The notes under the pieces: generated by a model
Seen by the model: only the letters and a program-made list of their open reading frames with translations
Database searches by the model: none
What the model was told of the DNA's origin: nothing
Shown: in pieces, positions 24,113-37,425 of the stretch
Position numbering within the stretch: the stretch's first letter is position 1
How the letters are laid out: every line of letters starts with the position of its first letter
Translations under genes and position numbers: made by a program
Source of the DNA: Scenedesmus sp. PABB004
Lineage: Eukaryota
Assembly (NCBI GenBank): GCA_014905635.1
Contig: JABVCE010000023.1
Location: 372,001 to 436,000, forward strand
DNA length: 64,000 nt
Direction of reading: 5' to 3'

Positions 24113-25459
24113 TCACATGTCGACTGCGGGCGCGGCGGGGCAGCGGCGGCGTCAGCTGCGTCGCCCGCACGGCTGCGCGGCTGCGCGTGAGGCCGCCCGC
24201 GCCCCGCGCGCCGACGCACGCTCGCAGGTCATGCCGTCGGCGGACTTGATGGACCCGATCGGGCAGTCGACGCACTGCCCGGGCACCATCGAGAACCGCT
24301 TCTGCGCCGCGCCGGGGAACCAGAGCGGGCGCGGCACGGCCTGGCCCTCGGCGGCGGGCGTGAGCGGCTCCTGGAGCAGCAGCAGGCCGCTGTTGGTGAC
24401 CTTAACGCCCGCCGCGGGCGTGAGAGGGACCTGGGCGGGCGGGGCGCCGCGGGTCAGGGCGCGGGCGTGGGCGCGGGCGTGGGTGCGCCCCGGCTGGCGG
24501 CGGGGGCGCGGCGCCGCGGCGCTGTCGGCGCATCTCCCCGGCCGACCTGGTTGGGCCCGCACGCCGTGCAGGTGAAGGTCTTGCGCAGCTTGGTCTCGCC
24601 GCGCTTGTTCACCGTCGTCAGCGTGCCGTACGTCACGCCGTACCCCGCCGCGCACTCTGCGGCCGCGCAGCGGCGGCCGGCGGCGCGGCGTCGGCCCCGC
24701 CCGCCCGCCCGCGAGCGCCGCCCTGGCCGCCGCCACCTGCCGCGCGCTGGGCAGGGGGCCGCGCCGCAGCACGCCGCGCCGCTCACCGCAGCGGCCCATC
24801 GCGGGGCGGCCGCGCACGCTCTTGGCCACCAGGGCGTAGCCCTCCGCGCAGGCCACGCAGCTCGGCGCGACGCCCATCAGCTGCTGCTGCGCAGCCGCGC
24901 CGGTGGCGCCGGTGGCGTACGCCTCAAACTGGTCCGCGCCGTCCAGCATCTCCGCCGCCGCCACGACGGCGTCGAGCTCGTTCGCGGAGCGCAGCCCCCG
25001 CCCGGGCGCGGCGACGCCCGCACCCGCGCCGGCGCGGGCCGCGCCGCCCGCGGGCGCGGCGGCGGGGCCGCCGGGCGCCGCGACGGGCACGCCCTGCGCG
25101 CCCGCGGGGACCGCCGCCGCCGCGCGCGCGGCCGCCGCGGCCGCGCGCTGCGCCTTGAGCTGCGCCTTGGCGGCCTGCTGCGACGCGAAGCGCGCCGCCG
25201 CCTCGCGGAGGTCGTAGCTGAACGGCACGCAGGACGCGCAGCCGGTGATGGTGCTGCAGTCCACGCGCCCCGGCGCCGGCCCGCCGGCCTGCGCGGAGGA
25301 CGACGCGGCCGCGCCGGCGGCGGGGCGGGCGTAGCCGGCGGGGCCGGCGGCGGGGCCGGCGTAGCCGGCGGGGCCGCCGTAGCCGACCGGGCCGCTCGCG
25401 GCCGCGGCGCAGCCGAGCGCCAGGGCCACCAGGAGCAGGGAGCAGCTCACGCTTGCCAT
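24113..25459 (-). CDS. Secreted Cys-rich protein with a GPAGY-repeat N-terminus
   Basis: Signal MASVSCSLLLVALALGCAAA, then GPAGYA repeats and CxxC motifs (CASC, CVACAEGY, CECAAGYG, CTACGPNQ, CVDCPIG). A tiny last exon reads LDM*. Confidence 0.75.
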
Positions 25460-26016
25460 CTCGCCAGCGCCTGCGCCGGCGCGGCGCCGCGGCGGTGGTC
25501 AGCGGGCCTCGCGCGCGCAAAAAGGAATAGCAACGCATAATGGCAGAGCTGTCGCGGCCCCGCGTGGGGGCTGGCGCGCCCGCCGGCAGCTGGGGCGCGG
25601 GCTTGGCGCGCCGTGCGATGGCCTCCCGCGCTGCGGGCCTGATCGACCGGCGCACCTGCTCACAAGGTTAAAGATATCTCGAATAGTGACCTGCGGAGCT
25701 CGCGGGCAGCCAAGTTGCCCCCTCGCGCCGGCGCCGGCGCCGGCGAAAGTGACGACGCGGCGCAGGCAGGTGGGCGCAGCCCGCCGCAGCTGTACCGCAG
25801 GCGTGTCCGAGCGCACGGCGGTGAGCGACGCTGACGGACGCGCAGCCGACCGCGCACGGATCGCAGCGGACGGCGAGCAGGGGCTGGACCGCCGCCGACC
25901 TGCCTCCTGTCGCCGCCGCCACCGCCGCCGGCAGTCCCAGTCTGACGTCCCGCCCACCAGTGCCCTCACCGGCAGCCGCCCCCGTCCGCACCGTCGCCGC
26001 CGCCGCCGCTCGGCCG

Positions 26017-27685
26017 ATGCCGCTGCCTCGCTGCCTGCGCGCCCAGCGCACGGGGAGCTCTGGCGCCGACGCGCCCAGGGCCTGCCAAGGTCACAAGCTA
26101 TGCCCCCGCGTGGCGGCGCGGGCGGCGCCGCGGCAGCAGCCGCCGCAGCAGCAGCGGGAGCCGGCGCAGGATGTCATCGCCCTCCTGGAGGAGGCCGCGC
26201 AGGCGGAGGCCGCCGGCGCGCCGCGAGCTGATCCCGCTGCTACTGCTCCCGCGGCCGCGCCCGGCGCCGACCCCAAGGAGCCGCTGTACAAGGTGCGGCG
26301 GCGGCGGCAGCGGCGAGCGCGGCCCCGCGCCAGGCTGGCGGCGGCCCGCCCACCGCAGCCGGACCCGGGTGCCGCAGGCGCTGCTGGCCATCGTCCTGAA
26401 GCTCGCGCAGCCGGCCGAGCCGCAGCAGCAGCCGGCGCCCGAGCCGCAGCAGCAGCCGGCCGACGAGCAGCAGCGCCAGCGCTTCGGCGCGGAGCAGGCG
26501 CGCGCGCGGCTCGAGGCGTTCCTGCGCTCCCAGCCCGCCGCCACGTCCATCCCCTTCATCTCCTGGCTGGCCGACCTGGAGGCGGCGGCGAGCGGTGCGC
26601 CGCGCCTCGCGCGCCGCGCGCCGCGCGCCGCGCGCCGACGCCGCACGCGCGCGCGTGCGCGCTCACGGCGCGGCCGCCCGGCGGGCGCGCGCGCAGGCGC
26701 GCGCAAGGCGCAGCTCGCCGCGCTGTGCGAGGCGCTGCTGCTGGCGCGCGAGGCGGCCGACGCGGAGGGGCAGGAGGCGCTGTACGCCGACACGCTGCGC
26801 CTGCTGTCGCGGGGGCGCGAGGAGTCCGCCGCGCTCATGGCCGCGCAGCCGGCCGCGTACGCGCTGGCGCTGGCCGAGGGCCTCACCGGCGCGCCGGCGG
26901 CGCTGCGGGGCTACGGCCCCGCGCTCGACCTGCTGCTGCAGGCGGCGCCGCCCGCGGCGCTCACGCCCGAGGGCGTCGCGCAGGGCCACGCGGCGGTGAG
27001 GCGGCGCGCGGCGCGCCCCGCGCCGCCGCCCCTCGTCGCCGGCGGGCCGCTGACCGCCCGCGAGCCGCTGACCGCCGCCGCCGTGTCGCGCCGCCCGCCA
27101 GGCGGCCGAGCTGGCGGCCGACCTGAGCGGCCGGCGGCGCTCCACGCTGGCGGCGATGATGGGCCGCACGCGCGTCACGCCGGAGCAGCAGGCGGCGCTC
27201 ATGGCCGGCAGCCCAGCGTCCCGCATCGCCGACCTGCTGCTCACGCTGCCCAGCGGCGCGGAGCGGCTCGCGCTGCTGCCAGACTGCTTCACGCCGCCGC
27301 CGCCGCCCGGCCGCGGCGGCGACGCGGCGGCCGCGGCGCAGCAGCCGGGCGGCGGCGGCGGCGAGGAGGAGACGGAGGAGTTGTGGTGCACGCCGGCGCA
27401 GCTGCTCAACGAGCTGGACGCCCGGCTCAAGGCCGCCGCCGCGGCGGCGCCAGACGGACGCGGCGCACCGCCGCGCGGCGCGCTGGGCCCGGCGAGCAGC
27501 AGCAACAGCAGCAGCGGCCCGGCGGGGGAGCAGGCGCGGCAGCGCGCGCTGCCGCCCGGCGCGCCCCCGGCGCCGGCGAGGGCGGCCTGACCGGCGAGGC
27601 GGCGCGCGCGGCGCTGGAGGAGCTGCGGGCGCACATCCGCGCGACCTGGCTCGACTCGCTGCCGCGCGGCCGCGCAGAGGCGTGA
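26017..27685 (+). CDS. Conserved-looking plastid protein, possibly At4g37920-like
   Basis: Multi-exon. RIADLLLTLPSGAERLALLPDCFTP..ELWCTPAQLLNELDARL resembles that family (from memory). Probable 1-bp indel near 27570. Confidence 0.55.
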
Positions 27686-27980
27686 GCGAGGCGCGCGTCA
27701 CAGGGCAACACAGGCCCGGTCGCACGACGCCGCCCCGCCCAGCCCAGCTCTCCCTCGCTCTCGCCCGGCAGTCCAGGCGCCGCCCTCGCTCTGACAGACT
27801 CGCTCGCCCGCTCCCCCGCTCGCCCGCTCGCCCGCTCGCCCGCTCGCTCGCGCGTCGGCGCCTCGCACCAGAGCCGCCGCCGTCCGCGCGCGCGCTCGGT
27901 CGGCCGCCCAGCCCCGTCACGATGCCCCCTCTGACGCTCACATGGGCGTGGGCGTCAAGTGGTCACATGACGTCAAGTGG

Positions 27981-29370
<1,390 letters not shown>

Positions 29371-29949
29371 GGCGATGGCGCGGGCCCGGCCGCCCCTGCC
29401 GAGGGCGGCTGCTGCTTGCTAGTGCTGCTGCCGCGGGCCGGCGCCCAGAGGCGGCCTGGCGGCGGTCGCCGGCGGCGCCGCCGCGTGGCCCTCAAGCAGG
29501 GCTCGTGCCTGGCCCGCGCGCGCGAGGTGGTGGGGCGCAAGGCCGGCGGCCACGCGCCGGAGCAGCGGCGGCGGCAGCGGCGGCGGGCGGCGGCGGCGGC
29601 CCGGTGCGCGTGCGGGTGCTGGATGGATGGGGCGTCTGTGCCTCTGTTGAGAGAGCCGGGACTCGGGGCACGGCGGACGGCTCGGGCTTTGTGCCAGCAG
29701 TTGTGCCGCGGCGGTTCGCCAGCAGCTCCCGGCATCCGTTCCCGCTGCCACGTCCACGAGCGCGTCTCTCCACGAACGCCGCGCGCCGCGTCGCGATCAC
29801 AGCGCCCTGCTGACAGCGCACAAACTCGGCCACGCTCCCGCACCGCGCCGATCCAAGCGGTCCGCGCGCCGGCTCCGCACCACCAGCGTGGCCGCGTCGC
29901 ACCGTCCCGACCGGCACCGGCGTCGCCCGACTCGCCGCGCGGCGCCGGC

Positions 29950-30091
29950 GGCGTCGCGCGCCGCAGCAGCAGCGCTCTCGTGGCGCTGCCGCCCGCCCGC
30001 GGCGCGTTCGTTTTATGCGCGGCGTCGCGCGCCGCAGCAGCAGCGCTCTCGTGGCGCTGCCGCCCGCCCGCGGCGCGTTCGTTTTATGCGC
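29950..30091. repeat. 71-bp perfect tandem duplication
   Basis: ggcgtcgcgc...gttttatgcgc occurs at 29950-30020 and again at 30021-30091. Confidence 0.9.
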
Positions 30092-30134
30092 GCGGCGAGC
30101 GGCGCCCGGCAGCCGGCAGCGGTCTCCCACCGGC

Positions 30135-33100
30135 ATGCCCCGGCCGCGCGCCGCGCGCCGCCGCTGCCCCGCGCGCGTCGCGCGCGCGCGCGTGGGCGAC
30201 GCCGACGCTGCCGCCGCGCGCGGGCCGCGCGCGCCGCGCCCCCGCGGGCGCATCGCGTGCGCGTCCTACTCAGGCGGCGGCGCGGACGTGCTGGACGTGA
30301 TGCGCAGCCTCGCGCAGGGCGCGGGGCTGTCGCTGCTTTCGGGGACGGCGCTGCGCTCGGCGTCGTCCGCGCTCGCGCGCCGCGCCGCGCGCGACGCCCT
30401 GCTCACCAGCTGCGCGCGCGTGTTTGGCGTGGCGGACGAGGAGGAGCTGCAGGTGGGCGGCCGGCTGCGTGCCTGGGCGGGTGTGGAGGCGCCCCGCGCG
30501 GCTGCCGCGCGCAGCGGCACGCGCGCCGCCCACGCCCGCGCCGCCCGCGCCCGCGCCGCCCGCTCGCGCCGCGCCGCCGCCAGGACCTGCTGGCCTGCCT
30601 CGTGCTGAGCGAGTGCGTGTACAAGAAGCTGGAGATGCCGCCCGCCGCGCTCGGCGAGACCATCGCCGGCATGCTGGGCGACTTCCCGCGGGAGCTGGTG
30701 CACCTTGAGGCGGTGCAGCTCAGCCGCGACGACGTGCCACAAAAGTGGGCGCCCCGCGCCGCCGCCGCCGCTGCCCGCGCGCCGCCGCCACCCTTGCGCC
30801 GTCGCCACCCTCGCGCCGCGCGCCTCGCGCCCCCTCCCACCGCGCCGCCCGTCGTCGCTCGCAGCTACCTGGTCGCCGTGGGCGGGCGGGCGGTGTATGT
30901 GGCCTTCATGGTGCGCGCCGCGCGGGGGCAGCGGCGCGCACAGCGCACAGCACACAGCGCACGCAGCGCGCCCTGCACCGCGGCCGACGCGCGGCCGACG
31001 CCGCGCCGCGTGCACGCGCGCACCCAACCCTGAATCAGGGCACCAAGCAGGCGCGTGACATCGGCACCGACCTCGCGTTTGCGCACGAGGCGATCTGGGC
31101 GGCAGAGGAGGCAGCGGGCAGCGCGCCGGGGGTGAGCGCGGCACGGCGCGCGGCTCGTCGGCGTGCGCACGCGCGGGCGCGCCGACGCGCCGCACCGCCC
31201 ACCGCGTGCGCCGCAGGTCCCGACCGCGCACCGCGGCTTCCTGGCGCGGTCCAAGGCGGTGCCGATCGAGCAGCTGCAGGCGCTGGCGCAGGCCAGCGGG
31301 CGGCGCCTGGTGCTGTGCGGCCACAGCCTGGTGCGCGCGGAGGAGGAGGGGGGCGGGGGCAGGGCAGCGCGCGGCGCCGCCAGCACGCTCGGCTGCCGCG
31401 CGGCGCTGACGCGCCCGCCCCGCGCTGCCGGCGCGCCCGGGCGCAGGGCGGCGCCGTGGCCAAGCTGGCGGGGCTGCGCCTGCTGCGCGACGCGCCGCAG
31501 TGGCCGCCGCCCGCGCTGCGCGTCGTGTGCTTTGCCACGCCTGCGGTCGGCAGCGACGCGCTCGCGCGCCTCGTGGAGCAGGCAGGGTGGGGGCAGTATT
31601 TCAGGACCTACGTGCTGCCCGGTGCGCGCGCGGGAGCTGGGAGCGGGGGCAGCTGACGCACCCCCAGCGCGCACGCCGCGCAGGCGCCGGCCCGCCGCGC
31701 TCATGCGCCGCCGCCGCCGCCGCCGCTCCGCGCAGAGGACCAGCTGATGCGGATCCTGCGCTTTGCCCAGGCCGCAGCGCCCGCAACTGGCGCCCGCAGC
31801 CCCGGCAGCAGCAGCCCCGGCGGCAGCAGCCCCGGCGGCGGCAGCCCCGGCGGCGGCAGCCCCGGCGGCAGCCAGACGGGCTCGCCGTACGGCACGGCGG
31901 TCGTCGCGCCCGCCGGCGGCCAGCAGCCGGCGGCGCAGCAGCAGGAGCAGGGCCTGGGCCCCGCCGTGGCGGCTGTCGCGGGCGTGCTGCAGCGGCCGTT
32001 TGTGCAGGAGAGCGCCAAGCAGCAGCTGCGGCGCGAGCTGGGCGGTGAGCGCCGGCGCGGCCGGGGCTCGCGCGCCCGCCCCCGCCGCGCAGGCGCGCGC
32101 AGCACGGCGCTGCCCTGCGCCGCCCCAAGGTCGCGCCCGCGCCCGCCCCCGCCGCAGCTGAGGAGGCGAGCACCACCTCGCTCGACACGGCGACCATGGA
32201 CTTCGGCGAAGCCGCCACAGGGGGGCCGGCGGCGGCTGCCGCAGCCACGGCGGCGACGGCGGCGGCGGCGGCGGCGGCCGGCGCGGACAGCGTGCAGGCG
32301 GCGGGCGCGCCGGGCGGCCGCCCGCCCAGCGCGGCGCAGCAGAGCATCGCGCGGCGCGTGTGGGGCGTGCTGCCGCGCCGCCAGCCGCCGTCGAGCGGCG
32401 AGCCGGCCGCGGGCGCTGGTGCGGCGTCGGCGGGGCCTGCCGACGCCGCGGCGTCAGCCGCAGACGCCGCGGCGGGGCCCGTCGACGGCGGCGGCGACGG
32501 CGGCGAGCCAGCGGCGGCGGCGGCGGCGGCGGACGAGGCCGGCGGCGGCGCGCTGTCGCTGGCGCGGCTGGGCCTGGTGCTGCAGCTGCAGGGCCGCTGG
32601 CTCGGCTACCAGCTGGGCCAGGCGCTCGCGCCGCTGAGCTCCGCGCGCGCCGCTGTGTCGGTGTTCCACCCGTTTGGGGCGTACGCCGCGATCACGGTCG
32701 CGGGCGTGGTGCCGCTCGCCGACGCGCCGCCGCCGGACGGGGCGCTCGCGCCCGAGGCGGCCGCGTTTGCGCGGGCCAACCCCGGGCCCTTCAGCTTCCA
32801 CCGCATGCTCGCGTACCGCACGCGCGCGCTGGCGCTCGTCGCGCGCGTCGCGGCGGAGCTGCGCGGCCAGGGCCTCGCGCTGCCGCCGCCGGGCGGCGCG
32901 CCGCCGCCCGTGCGCATGGGCGGCGTGCTGCCGCGCATGCGCGTGGCGTGCGCGCTCGCGCGCCCGCCGCTGCGCTCGCCGACGCTGGCGCTGGCGCCGG
33001 CGGACGACTCGCTCGCGGGCCTGGCGGGCGCGCCGCCGCCGGGCGACGCCGGCGCCGGCGCGGGCACGGGCGCGGCGGCCGCGCCGCGGCGCAGCAGCCT

Positions 33101-35072
33101 CACGGCTTTCCTGCCGAGCGGCCGCGCGCCCGAGCCGCGGCTGCAGCTGGTGCTGCAGGTCAGCGGCGCCAACCTGCACCTCTGCACCCGCGTGGGCCTG
33201 CTGGTCGGCGGCGAGGCGTTCGTCGTCGACCAGGGCGGCGGCGGCCTGGCCGCCGCCGCGCCGCGGCCGCCGGCCGCCGGCGACGCGCGCGGCGACGACG
33301 CTGACGGGGGGAATCGCTGGGCGCCGTTGCACGTGCTGGCGCCGGTGCTCACGCGCCTGCGGCAGGCCACCGTCGCGGCCGCCAAGGCGGCCGAGGGCGA
33401 CCGGCCGCGCTGGCGGGCGCCGCTGGAGCAGCGCCAGCAGCTCGCGCTGACGGTGCTGCTGCCGGTGAGCGTGGTGGAGCGGCTGACCGCGCACGCAGCG
33501 GCCGGCGGCGGCGGCGACGAGCTGGTCCTGCAGCTGGCGAGCGACTTTGAGGTCGTGTCGGTGCCCGTGCAGCTCCAGCCGCACGTCGTGGGCGTCGTCG
33601 GCAGCAGCCCGGCCGCGGCGACGCTGGTCGCGGCGCTGCTGTCGCAGTCGGGCGCGGCGAAGCGGCGCCACGTGCAGCAGGCGGCGGCGGCCGCGACGGC
33701 GGCCAGCGCTGGCGGCGCGCCCGGCAGCTACCGCGCCGCGGCGGGCGCGGCCGCGTCGGCCGCCGCTGGCGCGGTGGGCGACAAGGCCAGGGCGGCCGCC
33801 TCGCTGGCGGCGGCGGCGAGCGCCAGCGTGGCCGCGTCGCGCCTCGCCACGCTGTCGCGCCAGCTGCTGGGCAGGCGCGCCGGCGGGCCCGTGCTGGCCG
33901 GCGACGAGCCGCCCGCCAAGCGCGCGCGGCCCGCCGCCGGCGGTGCGGGCGCGGGCGCGGGCGCCTCGCCGCAGCCCTCGCTCGCAGGCACGGCGCAGGA
34001 GCCGGCCTCGCCGCTGCCCAGTCCGCAGCCGCCGGCCCAGGCGGCCGCGGTGCGCGGCCCTGCCGTCGCCAGCGCCGGCCTGCTGAGCCGCCTCACGCGG
34101 GGCGGCAGCGGCGGCGCCGGCGGCGCTGCTGGCTGGAGCAGCGGCGCGGGGCTGCGGGGCGTCGCGTACGAGACCCTGCCGCTGGGGCCGCCCCTACTGC
34201 CGCTGCCGCCGGGCGCGCCGGGCGCGCCTGCCCTCTCGCTGTCACGCGTGCTGCGCCGCGCCACCAAGCAGCTTCACCAGCAGGCGGCGGCGAGGGCGCA
34301 GGGCGCGACGGGCGCCGCGGCACTGCTGCAGCGTGCGCTGCGCCTGACGGGCTCGGTGGCGGGGGCGCCGCGCACGGCCACGCCCGGCGCGGAGCAGCAG
34401 CCGGCGGGCGGCACGGCCGCGCTCGGCGGCGGCAAGGCCGGCGGCAGCAGGACAGGCGGCGGTGGCGCCGCGCCGCGGGCCCCCTCGCCGCCGCGCAGCG
34501 GCGCGGGCGTGGGCGCTCGCGCGGCGCGCACGATCGCGCCCGCGTCCGCAGCGCCGCGCGCGCGGCGCTGGGACGTGCTGCTGCTGGCGGTGACGTTTGA
34601 CGGCGACTGCGTCGAGCTGCTGCGCCGCCGCGCCGCGCTGGGGGGCCTCGCCGCCGCCGCGCGCGCGGCGGGCGTGGCGGTGGTGCCCGTGCTGCTGCTG
34701 GAGGGCCAGGAGAGCGGCCTGACCCTGGCCGGCGCGGACCTGCGCGCCGCGGGCATCGCGCCGCGCGGCGGCGGCGACGCGCAGCGCGGCCAGGCCGCGC
34801 CGGCGCTGCTGCGCATCGATGACGCCGCGGCGGCGCTGGCGGCCGCGCTGCACGCGCCGTCGGCGCCCGTGTTCCGCCTGCCCGCGCAGCGCCTGCTGGG
34901 CGGCGCCGACGCCCGCGCCGGCGGCGACGCGACCGCGCTGCTGCGCGGCGCGGGCGACCTGGAGCAGCAGGCGGCGCTGCTGCTCGCGGCGCAGCGGCTG
35001 GAGGGCCACCTCGCGGGCCTGCTGGCGGCCAGGCACGGCGCCGCGCTGGGCCTGCCGCGCCCGCGGCTGTGA
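30135..35072 (+). CDS. Class 3 lipase family protein with a long C-terminal extension
   Basis: LVLSECVYK, YVAFM|GTKQARD, AHRGFLARSK, LVLCGHSL|GGAVA (GxSxG split by an intron), CFATPAVG and HRMLAYR. The start is uncertain. Confidence 0.85.
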
Positions 35073-35579
35073 TGTGATGGACGCGGCGCGCGTTCACACG
35101 CTTGTGATGGCAAGGGGGGGGGGGGGGGCAGGCGGCGCGCCGGATGTGTGGGTCGGCGGCGGCGGCGGGCCACCTGTGCGGCCCGCCGCGCCGCCGCTGC
35201 TAGCGCGCTCGTGCGTGCCCGGTCGTCCATTGTGCAGCTCGCGCGCAGCGGGGACGGTGCCCCGCTGCCGGCGGCTGCTGTATCAAAGAGCGGCGGTGCT
35301 CGCGGGGCGCCTTCCGCGCGTCGCGTGCGGGCCGGGTGCGTGTCGTGACGCGCGGCGGGGCGGCGGGCAGTTGTCGAGCGGCGGCGATGTGAAGTGACGC
35401 GCCGCAGCCTGCCTCCGTGAATCGTGCCACCTGGGCAGCAGCCGCAGCCGCGCGCCTCCGCCCCAGCCTCCGCCGCCCGCCCGCCGCTGCAGCGCGCCGG
35501 CCGCTGCAGCGCGCCGGCCGCTGCAGCAGCAGCCCAGGCAGCCCAGCGCGCCGGCTGCCTGCGTGACGCCGAATCGCGG

Positions 35580-37382
35580 CGGCGGGGCCGGGTTTTGGCC
35601 CGGCGGCGCCGCGGGAGCGCGAATTTTGGCGGGGCGGGGCCAGGTTTTGGCGGGGCGGGGCCGGGTTTTGGCCCGGCGGCGCCGCGGGAGCGCGAGTTTT
35701 GGCCCGGCGGGGCCGGGTTTTGGCCCGGCGGGGCCGGGTTTTGGCCCGGCGGCGCCGCGGGAGCGCGAATTTTGGCGGGGCGGGGCCAGGTTTTGGCGGG
35801 GCGGGGCCGGGTTTTGGCCCGGCGGCGCCGCGGGAGCGCGAGTTTTGGCCCGGCGGGGCCGGGTTTTGGCCCGGCGGGGCCGGGTTTTGGCCCGGCGGCG
35901 CCGCGGGAGCGCGAATTTTGGCGCGGCGGGGCCGGGTTTTGGCCCGGCGGGGCCGGGTTTTGGCCCGGCGGCGCCGCGGGAGCGCGAATTTTGGCGCGGC
36001 GGGGCCGGGTTTTGGCCCGGCGGGGCCGGGTTTTGGCCCGGCGGCGCCGCGGGAGCGCGAATTTTGGCCGGGCGGGGCCAGGTTTTGGCCCGGCGGGGCC
36101 GGGTTTTGGCCCGGCGGCGCCGCGGGAGCGCGAATTTTGGCCGGGCGGGGCCGGGTTTTGGCCCGGCGGCGCCGCGGGAGCGCGAGTTTTGGCCCGGCGG
36201 GGCCGGGTTTTGGCCCGGCGGGGCCGGGTTTTGGCCCGGCGGCGCCGCGGGAGCGCGAATTTTGGCCGGGCGGGGCCGGGTTTTGGCCCGGCGGGGCCGG
36301 GTTTTGGCCCGGCGGCGCCGCGGGAGCGCGAATTTTGGCGGGGCGGGGCCGGGTTTTGGCCCGGCGGCGCCGCGGGAGCGCGAATTTTGGCCGGGCGGGG
36401 CCGGGTTTTGGCCCGGCGGCGCCGGGTTTTGGCCCGGCGGCGCCGCGGGAGCGCGAATTTTGGCGGGGCGGGGCCGGGTTTTGGCCCGGCGGGGCCGGGT
36501 TTTGGCCCGGCGGCGCCGCGGGAGCGCGAATTTTGGCCGGGCGGGGCCGGGTTTTGGCCCGGCGGCGCCGGGTTTTGGCCCGGCGGCGCCGCGGGAGCGC
36601 GAATTTTGGCCGGGCGGGGCCGGGATTTGGCGGGGCGGGGCCGGGTTTTGGCCCGGCGGCGCCGCGGGAGCGCGAATTTTGGCGGGGCGGGGCCGGGTTT
36701 TGGCCCGGCGGGGCCGGGTTTTGGCCCGGCGGCGCCGCGGGAGCGCGAATTTTGGCCGGGCGGGGCCGGGTTTTGGCCCGGCGGCGCCGGGTTTTGGCCC
36801 GGCGGCGCCGCGGGAGCGCGAATTTTGGCCGGGCGGGGCCGGGTTTTGGCCCGGCGGCGCCGCGGGAGCGCGAGTTTTGGCCCGGCGGGGCCGGGTTTTG
36901 GCCCGGCGGGGCCGGGTTTTGGCCCGGCGGCGCCGCGGGAGCGCGAATTTTGGCGGGGCGGCGCCAGGTTTTGGCGGGGCGGGGCCGGGTTTTGGCCCGG
37001 CGGCGCCGCGGGAGCGCGAGTTTTGGCCCGGCGGGGCCGGGTTTTGGCCCGGCGGGGCCGGGTTTTGGCCCGGCGGCGCCGCGGGAGCGCGAATTTTGGC
37101 GGGGCGGGGCCGGGTTTTGGCCCGGCGGCGCCGCGGGAGCGCGAATTTTGGCCGGGCGGGGCCGGGTTTTGGCCCGGCGGCGCCGCGGGAGCGCGAATTT
37201 TGGCGGGGCGGGGCCAGGTTTTGGCGGGGCGGGGCCGGGTTTTGGCCCGGCGGCGCCGCGGGAGCGCGAGTTTTGGCCCGGCGGGGCCGGGTTTTGGCCC
37301 GGCGGGGCCGGGTTTTGGCCCGGCGGCGCCGCGGGAGCGCGAATTTTGGCGGGGCGGGGCCAGGTTTTGGCGGGGCGGGGAA
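35580..37382. repeat. About 1.8-kb higher-order satellite of 21-bp and 31-bp monomers
   Basis: The 21-mer TTTTGGCCCGGCGGGGCCGGG (with variants) and the 31-mer TTTTGGCCCGGCGGCGCCGCGGGAGCGCGAR combine into 52- or 73-bp units. Confidence 0.97.
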
Positions 37383-37425
37383 TCCGAACTGTGCGCGCGC
37401 CCGCGCGAGCCGGCGCCGCCCCGGC

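Noticed and set aside
35580..37382. CRISPR-like repeat-spacer array
   Set aside because: There are no unique spacers, only a few recurring monomer variants. No cas genes are present and the context is eukaryotic.
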